A stretch of 32,968 nt of DNA from Candidatus Fraserbacteria bacterium (GTDB lineage: Bacteria > Bipolaricaulota > Bipolaricaulia > RBG-16-55-9), in the NCBI GenBank assembly GCA_037443265.1, contig JBBIOR010000009.1, positions 34,155-67,122 of the forward strand, read 5' to 3'. The position numbers were made by a program, and so were the translations under genes. Shown here piece by piece: positions 9,491-20,848 of this stretch. How positions within the stretch are numbered: position 1 is the stretch's first letter; each line of letters begins with the position of its first letter. The notes under the pieces are model-generated. The model did no database searches. It saw only the letters and a program-made list of their open reading frames with translations, and was not told where the DNA came from.

Positions 9491-10073
9491 AACGCTGGTC
9501 CTCACGGAGTATCAATCCAATTGCTACCTCGTGGAGTCGGAAGGCGAGGCGATCATCATCGATCCAGGAGCGCCCAGCTTAGAGCTGATCGAGAGGGTCT
9601 CCGGCTTGCGAGTCAAGTGTCTTCTCAATACGCACGCCCATCCCGATCACATCGGCGGGGATGAGTACCTCAAGCAGAAGCTTGGGGTGCCCATCCTGCT
9701 CCATCGCGCTGAGCAAGAGCTATTTCGCTGGATCTGGGGGGAGTCTCTGCAACCCGATCAAACCCTAACCGAAGGTGATGTCATCCGCCTAGGCCGGTTG
9801 AGCTTTGAGGTCCTGCACACGCCCGGCCACACGCCGGGGAGCATCACGCTCCTCGAACGAGCGGAACGGATGCTCTTCACGGGAGATCTATTGTTCGCAG
9901 GGTCTATCGGGCGGACAGATTTCCCTGGCGGCTCGGACAGCGAGCTGCGGAAATCGCTCCAACGGGTGGTTAAGCTAGAGGGCGACTGGCGCATCTATCC
10001 GGGCCACGGCCCGCAGACGACTCTAAGCCATGAGCGCTGGACGAATCTCTTCTTGGCGGAACTCGTCTTATGA
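9480..10073 (+). CDS. MBL-fold metallo-hydrolase (glyoxalase II/YcbL-like)
   Basis: Motifs THAHPDH, HTPGHTPG, TGDLLF, GRTDFPGG, PGHG. Confidence 0.92.
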   Translation: MRVETLVLTEYQSNCYLVESEGEAIIIDPGAPSLELIERVSGLRVKCLLNTHAHPDHIGGDEYLKQKLGVPILLHRAEQELFRWIWGESLQPDQTLTEGDVIRLGRLSFEVLHTPGHTPGSITLLERAERMLFTGDLLFAGSIGRTDFPGGSDSELRKSLQRVVKLEGDWRIYPGHGPQTTLSHERWTNLFLAELVL

Positions 10074-10094
10074 GATAGGGGAGGGGGAGGAGCT

Positions 10095-11869
10095 TTGGTC
10101 ACACGCGAGGAGATCGAGCTGGTCCGCACGCGCGTGGACATCCTAGAGGTGGTCTCGCGGTATCTCACCGTGCGCCCAAGCGGCAAGAACTTTGTGGCCG
10201 TCTGTCCCTTCCACCCCGACAAAGCCCCTTCGCTTGCGATCAGTCCAGAGAAGGGCCTCTTTCATTGTTTTGGGTGCGGCGAGGGCGGAGACGTCTTCAC
10301 GTTCTTGATGAAGATCGAGCGGATCGAGTTTCCTGAGGCCGTGCGCCGCTTGGCCTCTCAAGCGGGGGTAGCTCTCACGAGCGCGCGCTCTTCCGATGGC
10401 CTCAAAAAGCTGCGGGCACTCCTCGAGCGGGTCGCGCGCCATTACGAGAAGAGATTGAGAGAGCCCGTGGGGCGCACGGCCTGGGAGTATCTTAGGGACC
10501 GCGGGCTTACAGAAGAGACGATCGCCCGCTTTCGCCTGGGGTACGCTCCGTCTGCCGGCGATGATCTTCTAAAAGCTTTTAAATCATCCCAAGATGAGCT
10601 GATTCGTTTAGGGCTCGTGCTGGAAGGCCCTCCGAGGAGTTTCTTCAGAGATCGCGTGATCTTTCCGATCACCTCGGGCCAAGGCGAGGTGGTGGGTTTT
10701 GCGGGGCGTGTGCTGGGGGAGGAGGAACCCAAGTACCTCAATACCAGAAACACGCCGCTCTTTGAGAAGAGCCGATGGTTGTACGGGCTGCCGGGAGCGC
10801 GCGCGGCCTTCTCCGAGCGCGGCGAAGCCCTGCTCGTCGAGGGCTATATGGACGTCCTGATGGCCCATCAGCACGGCTTCACACACGCCGTCGCCAGCAT
10901 GGGCACAGCTTTTACGGCCGAGCACGCTTGGCTGCTCAAGAGATTCGTCTCCAAAGTCCTGATCGCCTACGATCGGGATATAGCAGGTCGAGGGGCGACG
11001 CTGCGCGGCATCCAGCAATTGCTCCGCGCCGGGCTGGAGGTTGATATCGTGCTTCTGCCGGCAGGGAAAGATCCTGATGAGCTGCTCCGCCAAGAAGGAA
11101 AAGCCGCGTTCGAAAGATTTCTCAAGCAGGCCATGCCCTTCCCGGAGTTCTATGTCCAGGCGCTTCTAGAAGAGCATGACGCGCAGAGCCTGCGCGGCCA
11201 AGAGCAGATTCTTTTGTCTACCCACGCCTTCCTCGAAGGATTGGAGAGCCCGGCGCTGCGCACGCGCATTTTAAAGGAACTCTCCGGCAGCCTGGAGATC
11301 CCGCTCGAGGATCTCCTCCTCAAGATGAAAGGGCGTACCCAGGCTGCTATAATGGACCGGGGGGTCTCGCAGAGGTCCAGTTGGGGGGTGGAAGAGCATC
11401 TGATGTGCTTGCTGCTCCAAGGGAAGCTGCCCATCGAGCGCGTCCTGCGCGAACTCTCGCCTGGAGATTTTCCAAAATTCGCTCGTGCTGTAGAAAGCCT
11501 CTTCATCCTCTACCGGGAGCAAGGGGGGCCGGAGAGGCTGGAAGGCCCAGCGAGCCGACAGTTCCTCAATGACTGGCTTGCACGACTCGATCCCGAAGAT
11601 CAAAGGGAGCTACGGGGGCTGGCTGTGAGCGAGCCTCGCGACATCGACAGCGAAACGGCCATAGCTCAGCTCACCGCTCGGCTCCGCCTAAGGGCCATAG
11701 AAGACCGTCTAAGAGCCCTCAAGCGGGAGATCAGGGAGGCCGACAGACGGCCAGATCCACAGGCTCTTCAGCGACTCCAACAAGAGCAACAGGAGTGCCT
11801 AAAGGAGCGCCGCAGGCTCCTTCAGCAATTGGGGTGGCAGACCATTGCCTCAGGGGGGAGGGAGAAGAG

Positions 11870-11879
<10 letters not shown>
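10095..11879 (+). CDS. dnaG: DNA primase
   Basis: TTG start after GGAGG. CPFH..CFGC zinc finger, PKYLN, TOPRIM EGYMD and DxD; directly upstream of rpoD. Confidence 0.97.
11325..11353 (+). promoter_or_regulatory. Candidate internal promoter within dnaG driving rpoD
   Basis: ATGAAA-N17-TATAAT with extended -10 (TGcTATAAT). Confidence 0.55.
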
Positions 11880-12897
<1,018 letters not shown>

Positions 12898-12898
<1 letters not shown>

Positions 12899-13845
12899 TG
12901 CGTCCCCAAGAGAATCCGTCTATTCCTTTGATCCTGGGCCCCACGGCCGTGGGGAAATCCCGCGTAGCCTATGAGTTGGCTCTACGATGGTCCCGAGCGG
13001 AGATCATCTCCGCGGATGCCCGCGCGATCTATCGGGGCATGGACATCGGAACGGATAAGCCCCCAGAAGAGTGGCGCGCCCGCGTGAAACATCATCTCAT
13101 CGACATCAAAGAGCCCCACGAGCGCTACAGCGCCATGGATTTCCGTCGGGATGCCCTACGCCTCATCGCGGAGATCCAGGCGCGCGGAGCACGCGCGATC
13201 GTCGTGGGAGGGAGCACGCTCTACCTCGATGCTCTTATCGGAAAGCTTTTTGAAGGACCCTCGGCCGATCCCCAACTGCGCCAGCGGCTGCGCGCCCGCT
13301 CACGGGAAGAACTCTACGCCGAGCTTCAACGGGTAGACCCTCAGGCCGCCCGGAGGATTCATCCCCATGATCCGCAGCGCCTCGTGCGCGCCCTGGAAGT
13401 CTATCACCTGACGGGAACCCCCATCAGCCAACTCCAGAAGCGCTCGAGGGAGAAGAGCCCTCATAAATTCATGAAGATTGGGCTCTGCTGCCCGCGCCAG
13501 CTCCTCCACCAAAGAATAGATCAGCGGGTGGATGAGATGATGACCCGCGGTCTTCTGGCCGAAGCGCAAGCGCTCAAAGATCGAGTCCCGCCTGACTCAC
13601 AGGCGTATAAATCCAACGGGTATCGCGAGCTCTTTGCATTTCTCGACGGGAAGCTTCCTACCCTGGAAGCGGCTGTCGCGCTCATCAAAAAGCGCACGCG
13701 CGCTCACGCCCGGCGGCAGATGATCTACTTTAAGCGTGACCCCCAAATCCACTGGATCGACACGACGGGCAAGACCACCGCAGAGATCGTCTGCGAGATC
13801 CTCTCTCTGCTAGATGATAGGATAGATAGAAGGCGGAGGCCATGA
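12898..13845 (+). CDS. miaA: tRNA (adenosine(37)-N6)-dimethylallyltransferase
   Basis: Motifs GPTAVGKS, IYRGMDIGTDKP, VGGSTLY, RLVRALEV. Confidence 0.96.
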
Positions 13846-15398
13846 AAATTCTCACGGGCTGGCAGATGAAGGAGCTCGATGCCCAAGCCATTAAAAAATA
13901 TGCCATCCCCAGCTTAATTTTGATGGAGCACGCCGGGCGCCGCGTGGCCGAAGTGATAGGGGAGCGCATTGAGGATCTTCAAGGCTGTTATATTGTGGTG
14001 GTCGCGGGCAAGGGGAACAACGGGGGAGATGGCCTGTGCGCCGCCCGGCATCTCGTTCAGCTGGGTGCGCCTGTCGAGGTCTTCCTCACAAGTTCTCCGG
14101 ATGAACTCTCACCGGAGACTCAAATCCAAGCAGAAATTCTCAAGCGCTCCGGCCTGGAGCTGCACTATCTCCTGGAGCAAGAAGCGCTTTCCGCTCTTAA
14201 GGCATCGCTGGAGTCTGCCGGCATTGTGATCGACGCGCTTTTGGGCCTTGGAGTCCAGGGGCCGGTGCGCGGGCTGTTGCAGCCCGTCATCGAGCAGATC
14301 AACGAGTGCCCTGGGGGCGTAGTGGCCGTCGATCTGCCTTCGGGAGTGGATGCCGACACGGGCCAGGTGGGCAATGTGGCCGTAAAAGCAGATCTAACCG
14401 TGACGTTCGAGTATCCCAAATTGGGGCTCCTGCTCTATCCGGGGCGGGAATATGCAGGCGAGATCGTGGTCGTCCCGATCGGCTACCCGGATGTACTAAA
14501 AGAGTCCTTTGGGAGCGGCCTGGAGTGGGTGGATGAAGAATTTGTGCGTCGTAGGCTTCCCCGACGAAGGGCCTACAGCCACAAGGGCGATTATGGACGG
14601 GTATTTCTCATGGCCGGCTCGCGCGGGCTTTCGGGGGCCGCGATCATGACGGCGGAGGCGGCACTCCGTTCTGGAGCCGGACTCGTCTATATGGGCTATC
14701 CCGAGAGTCTAAGCCCCATCATCGAGAAGCGCGTGCTGGAGGCCGTCAAGTTCCCCTTGCCGGAAGAAGATGGCGCCCTCTGCGAGCATGCCCTCAAGAC
14801 CCTCAAGCGCGCGCTGAAGGAGCATAAGATCGACGTCTTGGCTCTTGGGCCGGGGCTGTCGCGCAAGCCCTCGGCCATGAGACTCGTCCAGAAGCTTTTG
14901 CCCTCTGTGAAGGTCCCGCTGGTGATCGATGCCGACGGGCTCAATGCCCTGGCGACGCCGCAGGGCCGCAAGCTCTTGAAAGATCTGGAGGCTCCGACGA
15001 TCTTGACCCCCCATCCGGGAGAGCTGGCGCGCTTGATCAATCAAGAGATCTCCGACATTGAAGCGGATCGTGTGGGCATGGCCCAGAAGACAGCTCAGGA
15101 TTGGGATGTGGTGCTCGTGCTCAAGGGCGTCCCCACCGTGACGGCTCTGCCCTCAGGCGATGTTTTTATAAATTCAACGGGCAATTCGGGCCTGGCCACC
15201 GGAGGAAGCGGCGATGTGCTCACCGGGATGATCGCGGGACTCATCGCTCAGGGGATGGCTCCGGAGGAGGCTGCGCCTGCGGGAGTCTTTCTGCATGGGC
15301 TCTTGGCCGATCGCTTGAAGGATGAGCTGGGCGAGCGGGCCATGCTCCCGCGAGATTTCTTGAAGACCCTGCCGAAAGTGCTCAAGGAGTTTGAATGA
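13842..15398 (+). CDS. nnr: Bifunctional NAD(P)HX epimerase/dehydratase
   Basis: Epimerase motifs LMEHAG, GKGNNGGDG, DLPSG; dehydratase motifs HKGDYG, DADGLN, TPHPGE, GGSGDVL. Confidence 0.95.
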   Translation: MKILTGWQMKELDAQAIKKYAIPSLILMEHAGRRVAEVIGERIEDLQGCYIVVVAGKGNNGGDGLCAARHLVQLGAPVEVFLTSSPDELSPETQIQAEILKRSGLELHYLLEQEALSALKASLESAGIVIDALLGLGVQGPVRGLLQPVIEQINECPGGVVAVDLPSGVDADTGQVGNVAVKADLTVTFEYPKLGLLLYPGREYAGEIVVVPIGYPDVLKESFGSGLEWVDEEFVRRRLPRRRAYSHKGDYGRVFLMAGSRGLSGAAIMTAEAALRSGAGLVYMGYPESLSPIIEKRVLEAVKFPLPEEDGALCEHALKTLKRALKEHKIDVLALGPGLSRKPSAMRLVQKLLPSVKVPLVIDADGLNALATPQGRKLLKDLEAPTILTPHPGELARLINQEISDIEADRVGMAQKTAQDWDVVLVLKGVPTVTALPSGDVFINSTGNSGLATGGSGDVLTGMIAGLIAQGMAPEEAAPAGVFLHGLLADRLKDELGERAMLPRDFLKTLPKVLKEFE

Positions 15399-16168
15399 AT
15401 CTGATTGACACCCATGCCCATCTCGATGCCCAGCAATTCGATCCCGATCGGGAGGCCGTCATCCAGCGAGCGCGGGAGGCGGGCGTTCAGATCATCACCA
15501 TGGGCACGGATCTTGACTCCAGCGAGCGGGCCGTGCGGCTGGCTCAAAGCTATGAGATCTTCGCCGCCGTGGGTATCCACCCCCATGAAGCCGGGCGCTT
15601 TGTGAAGGGCGATCGGCTCGATCGGGGTGCGCTCGCAAGGCTGGAGGCCCTTCTCAAAGAGGAGCGCGTGGTCGCTGTGGGAGAGATTGGGCTCGATTAT
15701 TGCAAAAATTACTCGCCTCGTCCAGCGCAACTCATCGCGTTTGGGGAGCAACTGGCGCTGGCTCAGCACATGAAAAAACCCGTGGTGATTCACAATCGCA
15801 ACTCCGAAGAAGATCTGCTCAAGTTCTTAAAAGACACCAGAGCCCAAGGAGTAGTGCATAGTTTTACCGGAGATGCCGAGCTGGCCCAAGAGATCTTGAG
15901 CTTGGGCCTTTATATTGGGATCAACGGGATCGTCACCTTCCCCCAGAGCGAGGGGCTGCGCCAGGCGGTAAAGATCATCCCCGGGGAGAGATTGCTCTTA
16001 GAGACAGATTCGCCCTATCTGGCCCCAGTGCCCCACAGAGGCCAACGCAATGAACCCCCTTATGTGCAGTATGTGGCCGACTGCGTGGCCCAGCTCCGAA
16101 ATCTCCCTTCGGGCCAATTGGCCCAGGCCACGACAGAGAATGCCCGCCTGCTCTTCGCCCTGGAGTGA
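15395..16168 (+). CDS. tatD: TatD family metal-dependent nuclease
   Basis: Motifs DTHAH, GIHPH, GEIGLD, HSF, ETDSPY. Confidence 0.93.
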   Translation: MNLIDTHAHLDAQQFDPDREAVIQRAREAGVQIITMGTDLDSSERAVRLAQSYEIFAAVGIHPHEAGRFVKGDRLDRGALARLEALLKEERVVAVGEIGLDYCKNYSPRPAQLIAFGEQLALAQHMKKPVVIHNRNSEEDLLKFLKDTRAQGVVHSFTGDAELAQEILSLGLYIGINGIVTFPQSEGLRQAVKIIPGERLLLETDSPYLAPVPHRGQRNEPPYVQYVADCVAQLRNLPSGQLAQATTENARLLFALE

Positions 16169-17052
16169 GCCATATGCTTTTAGGTTGCCATCTTTCGATT
16201 GCCGGAGGGCTAGATCAAGCCATCGTTCAAGCGCAAGAGCTCTTCATCAACGCGCTGCAAATCTTTTCTCATAACGCCCGCAGCTGGCACTCCAAGACCC
16301 TTAAGCCGGAAGAAATCGGAGTCTTCGCGCAGAAACGCCGGAGCAGCGCCCTCGAATATGTCGTCATCCATACGAGCTATCTCATCAATCTGGCCTCGCC
16401 CAAGGAGGAGGTCTATCGCCGATCGATTCAAGCCCTCTGCGAGGAGATCCAGCGCGCGGGCCAGCTGGGCATTCCTCATGTCAACACCCACGTGGGAGCT
16501 CATCTGGGCGCGGGCATCGAGACGGGTTTAGAGAGAGTCGTTCGGGCTCTTGATGAGGTGCTCCAAAGCCCCCAAGCCGAGGAGCATCCCCAGGTCATGA
16601 TTCTTTTAGAGAACGACGCCGGAGAGGGAAGTTCCTTGGGCGTGCGATTTGAAGAGCTGGGATTTATTCTAGATAATGTGGAGCAGCCGGAGCGCTTAGG
16701 AGTCTGCTTTGATACATGCCATGGCTACGCGGCCGGGTATGATTTCACATCTGCCGAGGGGCTGGAAGCGATGCTACAAGAGCTAGATCACGCACTTGAC
16801 CTAGAACGCCTCAGGCTCATCCACGTGAACGACTCCAAGCATCCTTTGGGTTCGCGCCGCGACCGCCATGAGCATATCGGCCAAGGCCAGATCGGCCTTA
16901 TGGGATTTAAGCTCATCGTCAATCATCCCCATTTGCGCGCTCTGCCGTTCATTTTGGAGACACCCAAGGCCGAGCACGAGAGCAGAAGACTCAATTCCGA
17001 TATGGACATCATCAATCTGAGCACGATTCGCAGTCTACGCGCAGATTGCTAG
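16165..17052 (+). CDS. nfo: Endonuclease IV
   Basis: Motifs YLINLAS, ENDAG, CFDTCH, HVNDSK, DRHEHIG, LETP. Confidence 0.95.
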   Translation: MSHMLLGCHLSIAGGLDQAIVQAQELFINALQIFSHNARSWHSKTLKPEEIGVFAQKRRSSALEYVVIHTSYLINLASPKEEVYRRSIQALCEEIQRAGQLGIPHVNTHVGAHLGAGIETGLERVVRALDEVLQSPQAEEHPQVMILLENDAGEGSSLGVRFEELGFILDNVEQPERLGVCFDTCHGYAAGYDFTSAEGLEAMLQELDHALDLERLRLIHVNDSKHPLGSRRDRHEHIGQGQIGLMGFKLIVNHPHLRALPFILETPKAEHESRRLNSDMDIINLSTIRSLRADC

Positions 17053-17067
17053 CTGGGAGGCGATGCC

Positions 17068-17733
17068 ATGAAGATCTTTGTGGACACGGCCCATCTGGAA
17101 GAGATCGAGCAGGCCGCGAGCTGGGGCATCCTCGATGGAGTCACGACCAACCCCACGCTTCTGGCCAAGGAGATGGAACGCACGGGCAAGGGCTATCGGG
17201 ATATTCTGGAGGAGATCTGCCGAATCGTCGATGGGCCCGTCAACGCTGAGGTCGTCAGCACCGAGGCCCAGGGGATGATCCGCGAAGGACTAGAGCTTGC
17301 GGAACTCCATGAGAACATCGTCGTGAAAGTCCCCATGATCCCTGAGGGACTAAGGGCCGTCAAGCGCCTCAAGCAAGAGGGTATCCGCACGAACGTCACG
17401 CTGGTCTTTTCGCCCTCGCAGGCACTCTTGGCCGCCAAGGCCGGAGCCAGCTACGTCTCGCCCTTTGTAGGCCGAATCGACGACAAGAGCGGCGACGGCA
17501 TGGAGGTCGTGGCCCAAATTGTGCAGATCTTTCAGAACTACAATCTGCCGGCAGAGGTGCTGGCCGCCAGCCTCCGCCATCCCATGCACGTCGTGCAGGC
17601 CGCGCTCGTGGGCGCAGATATTGCCACCATGCCCTTTGCCGTGCTCCAGAAGCTCTTTGAGCATCCGCTCACGGAGATCGGACTCAAGCAGTTTCTCGCC
17701 GACTGGGAGAAGACCCGACAGAAGATCGTTTAA
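17068..17733 (+). CDS. tal: Short (decameric-type) transaldolase
   Basis: Motifs FVDTA, TTNPTL, VVKVP, NVTLVFS. Glu in NAEV and Phe in SPFVGR indicate transaldolase rather than FSA (Gln/Tyr). Confidence 0.88.
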   Translation: MKIFVDTAHLEEIEQAASWGILDGVTTNPTLLAKEMERTGKGYRDILEEICRIVDGPVNAEVVSTEAQGMIREGLELAELHENIVVKVPMIPEGLRAVKRLKQEGIRTNVTLVFSPSQALLAAKAGASYVSPFVGRIDDKSGDGMEVVAQIVQIFQNYNLPAEVLAASLRHPMHVVQAALVGADIATMPFAVLQKLFEHPLTEIGLKQFLADWEKTRQKIV

Positions 17734-17769
17734 CTGGCTTGTTAGCCAGCAAGCTAGCTGAGTAACGGC

Positions 17770-18672
17770 ATGAATATTCCAGAGAAGAAGCGATTGGCGA
17801 ACAGGCTCAGACAGATCGCGCTCCATCTCGTCTACAAGGCCCAATCGGGCCACCTGGGCGGCTCGCTCTCCGCCGCTGAAATCTTAATTGAGCTCTACTT
17901 CGAGCAGATGCGCTACGATCCCAAGCGCCCCGCTTCTTTTGAAAATGACATTCTCGTGTTAGACAAGGGCCATGCCACGCCTGGCTTCTACGCCGCGCAA
18001 TATCTGGCGGGCCTCTTGCCCGAAGGGCTGCTTAAGACCTATCGCAGGGCGGATTTGAACTCTCGACCCGGCGAGATGGACGCGCTTCAGGGCCATCCCA
18101 AATACTGGCCCGAGCGGGGCATCTGGTTCTCTACCGGCAGTCTGGGGGTAGGCCTCGCGCAGGCTGTGGGCCTGGCGATGGCCGAAAAGATGGCCGGGAG
18201 AGGGACGCGCATTTATGTGATCCTCAGCGATGGCGGCATGCAAGAGGGGATCATGTGGGAGGCCGCGCGGAATGCCGTCTATCACAAGCTCGACAACCTC
18301 ACAGCCATTCTGGATCTCAACTGGATTCAGAATGATGATTTTGTATTTAAAACCACAGAGCTTCGGCCCGTGGGAGCCAAATGGAAGAGCTTCGGCTGGG
18401 AAGTGATCGGAGAAGAGATCCCCTTCGCCGAGCGCGCTGGAGCACCCTTGAACGGCCACGATTTTGCATGGCTTTCCCAGGCCTTTGCACAAGCCAAAGC
18501 GGTGCGCGGCCAGCCCGCCCTCTTGATTGCCAACACCGTCAAGGGCAAGGGCATTCCTGAAATTGAAAACGATCCTGACTGGCACGCCAAGGCTCCCACC
18601 CGCGAGCAGTACGAAAGATGGATGACTGCTCTCCAAGCTGAAGAAGCCACGATCGCAGCGGGTGAGCTATGA
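17770..18672 (+). CDS. Transketolase, N-terminal (ThDP-binding) subunit
   Basis: Motifs GHLGGSLS, KGH, LQGHP, STGSLG, SDGGMQEG..WEA, TVKGKG, WH. Confidence 0.9.
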   Translation: MNIPEKKRLANRLRQIALHLVYKAQSGHLGGSLSAAEILIELYFEQMRYDPKRPASFENDILVLDKGHATPGFYAAQYLAGLLPEGLLKTYRRADLNSRPGEMDALQGHPKYWPERGIWFSTGSLGVGLAQAVGLAMAEKMAGRGTRIYVILSDGGMQEGIMWEAARNAVYHKLDNLTAILDLNWIQNDDFVFKTTELRPVGAKWKSFGWEVIGEEIPFAERAGAPLNGHDFAWLSQAFAQAKAVRGQPALLIANTVKGKGIPEIENDPDWHAKAPTREQYERWMTALQAEEATIAAGEL

Positions 18673-19679
18673 AATATCTTCTGGATCTGGCCCGCTTCGT
18701 GGATGAGTTCGAAAAGAAATCGATCGAGCGTCGCTATGTTCGGGATGCCTTTGGAGAGGCTTTGTGCGAGCTGGGCGCGCAAAAGGATTTTGTCGTGTTG
18801 GGAGCGGATCTCGATAAATCCACCAAGACACTGAGATTCAGAGAAAGATTTGGGGAATTTGGGCAAGAGCCTTGGAATGAGAAGGGGCGCTGGATCAGCT
18901 GCGGCGTCTCTGAAGCCTTCATGTGTGCGGCGGCCGGAGGCTTGGCCGCCCGCGGCCTAAAGCCCGTTATCACGACATTTGCGCGGTTTCTGGAGCGCGG
19001 CTACGAGCCCCTCATTCAATCGCTCGCCATCCCAGGGTTCGACGCGTTCATTCTGGGCAGCCACGGCGGGATCGCCACCGGCCAAGACGGCAGCTCCGCC
19101 CAAGCGATCGAAGACATCGCCCTCTTTCGCGCGCTGCCGAACGTCACGGTGATCTGCCCGGCGGATTTTGAAGAGACTCAGCAAGCGACTCGCGCGGCCT
19201 TTGAGCGCTCCGGAATCGTCTATATGCGCCTCTCCCGTAATCAGCTCCCCAAGCTCTTTGACGAGGGCTACTCGTTTAGGATCGGAGCAGGCGTGGAACT
19301 CGTCTGCGGCCAAGGCATCACGCTGGTCTCCACAGGGGAGACGACGTATCAAGCACTTTTAGCCATCGCCAAGCTTAAGCGTGAGGGTTTGAACCCCCGC
19401 TTGATTCATCTGCCTACCGTCCACCCCCCGGATCGAGAGATTTTGGCAGAAGCTGCTCGCGACAGCGAGCTTCTTGTCACCATCGAGGATCACAGCCCGC
19501 GGGGCGGCTTGGGCGATGCCGTGCTGGAAGCGCTCTCTCAAGCGAAGACTCCGCGCAGGGTCGTCAAGATCGGCGTAGAACGGTATGCTGAATCCGGGAC
19601 TCCTGCGGAGCTATATCGCAAATATGGGCTGGATGCCGAGGGAATTGCTCAGCAGGTGCGAAGAGTGATCGTGGAGTGA
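18669..19679 (+). CDS. Transketolase, C-terminal subunit
   Basis: Motifs RDAFG, GADL, GQDGSSAQAIED, YMRL, EDHSPRGGLG, ESG..ELY..YGLD. Confidence 0.9.
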   Translation: MKYLLDLARFVDEFEKKSIERRYVRDAFGEALCELGAQKDFVVLGADLDKSTKTLRFRERFGEFGQEPWNEKGRWISCGVSEAFMCAAAGGLAARGLKPVITTFARFLERGYEPLIQSLAIPGFDAFILGSHGGIATGQDGSSAQAIEDIALFRALPNVTVICPADFEETQQATRAAFERSGIVYMRLSRNQLPKLFDEGYSFRIGAGVELVCGQGITLVSTGETTYQALLAIAKLKREGLNPRLIHLPTVHPPDREILAEAARDSELLVTIEDHSPRGGLGDAVLEALSQAKTPRRVVKIGVERYAESGTPAELYRKYGLDAEGIAQQVRRVIVE

Positions 19680-20848
19680 GACTCTTTGAGCGCTTAAGAG
19701 CGGGCCTCATGATTCGAAACGCACTACGCTTGGGCCGGATTTTTAATATCGAGATCGGGCTCGATTACTCCTGGTTCGTCGTCTTTGCGCTGGTAACGTG
19801 GACCCTTTCGGCCTTCTATTTCCCCGATCTATATCGCTTCTGGCCCAGGCTCTATCCCTCGTTGGGAGGAGGCATCTACTGGCTTGTGGGGCTGGTGACG
19901 AGTCTGCTCTTCTTTGCGTCGGTATTGGCCCACGAGCTGGGGCACAGCGTGGTAGCCATCCGGACGGGGCTGCCCGTCCAGAGCATCACGCTCTTTATCT
20001 TTGGAGGCGTGGCCCGCATTGGTCGGGAGCCGGCGCGCCCGCTTCAGGAATTCTGGATCGCCCTTGCCGGCCCAGCCGTGAGCGTGCTTCTGGGACTGCT
20101 CTTTGGGGCCCTGGCGATAGGCTTGCCCAACCCCAGGCTCCCTCTGGCCGCGCTGGCCGAGTGGCTGAGCTACACGAACTTTGCGCTGGCACTCTTCAAT
20201 ATGATCCCCGGCTTCCCGCTAGATGGGGGCCGTGTGCTGCGGGCCCTGCTTTGGGGTCTTTCGGGAAATCTCGTGCGCGCAACAAGAGTTGCCTCCTGGA
20301 TCGGAACGGCGGTCGCGTACCTCTTCATCCTCGGCGGGATCGCACTGGCCTTTTTAGTCTCTCTGAATGGGATCTGGCTGGCGTTCGTCGGCTGGTTCCT
20401 CCAGAACGCCGCCTCGCTGAGCTATCAACAAGTAGCGCTGCGCGAGATGCTCAGTCTTCACCGGGCGCGCGAGCTGCTCCAGAGCGATCTCCCTCAGATT
20501 CCGCGGGACCTCACTCTGGATCGCCTGATCTACGAGCATATTCTAAAGACGGGGCGTCGCTGCTTCCCCGTCGTCGATGAGGGTAGGCTCTTGGGGATCG
20601 TCACCCTGCACCACGTCAAAGAGACCCCTCAGAGCGCCTGGGCGACTACGAGTGTCGGCACCGTGATGATGCCTGTTGAGCAGATCATCAAAGTGAGCCC
20701 GGATGAGACGCTGGCGCGGGTCCTGGAGCAGATGACCGCGGAGGGAGTCAACCAAGTGCTCGTGGTCCAGGACGGAAAGCTCTTAGGGCTGGTATCGCGG
20801 GAGCAGCTGCTCCATTTCATCCAGACGAAGACGGAGCTGGGGATCTAG
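19676..20848 (+). CDS. Site-2 (M50) membrane zinc metalloprotease with CBS pair
   Basis: HELGH, FNMIPGFPLDGG, several TM helices and two C-terminal CBS domains. Start could be ATG 19709. Confidence 0.93.
   Translation: MRLFERLRAGLMIRNALRLGRIFNIEIGLDYSWFVVFALVTWTLSAFYFPDLYRFWPRLYPSLGGGIYWLVGLVTSLLFFASVLAHELGHSVVAIRTGLPVQSITLFIFGGVARIGREPARPLQEFWIALAGPAVSVLLGLLFGALAIGLPNPRLPLAALAEWLSYTNFALALFNMIPGFPLDGGRVLRALLWGLSGNLVRATRVASWIGTAVAYLFILGGIALAFLVSLNGIWLAFVGWFLQNAASLSYQQVALREMLSLHRARELLQSDLPQIPRDLTLDRLIYEHILKTGRRCFPVVDEGRLLGIVTLHHVKETPQSAWATTSVGTVMMPVEQIIKVSPDETLARVLEQMTAEGVNQVLVVQDGKLLGLVSREQLLHFIQTKTELGI

Noticed and set aside
15395..17052. tatD + nfo nucleases as a possible defence system
   Set aside because: Both are canonical housekeeping repair enzymes in a core operon, with no defence-island context.
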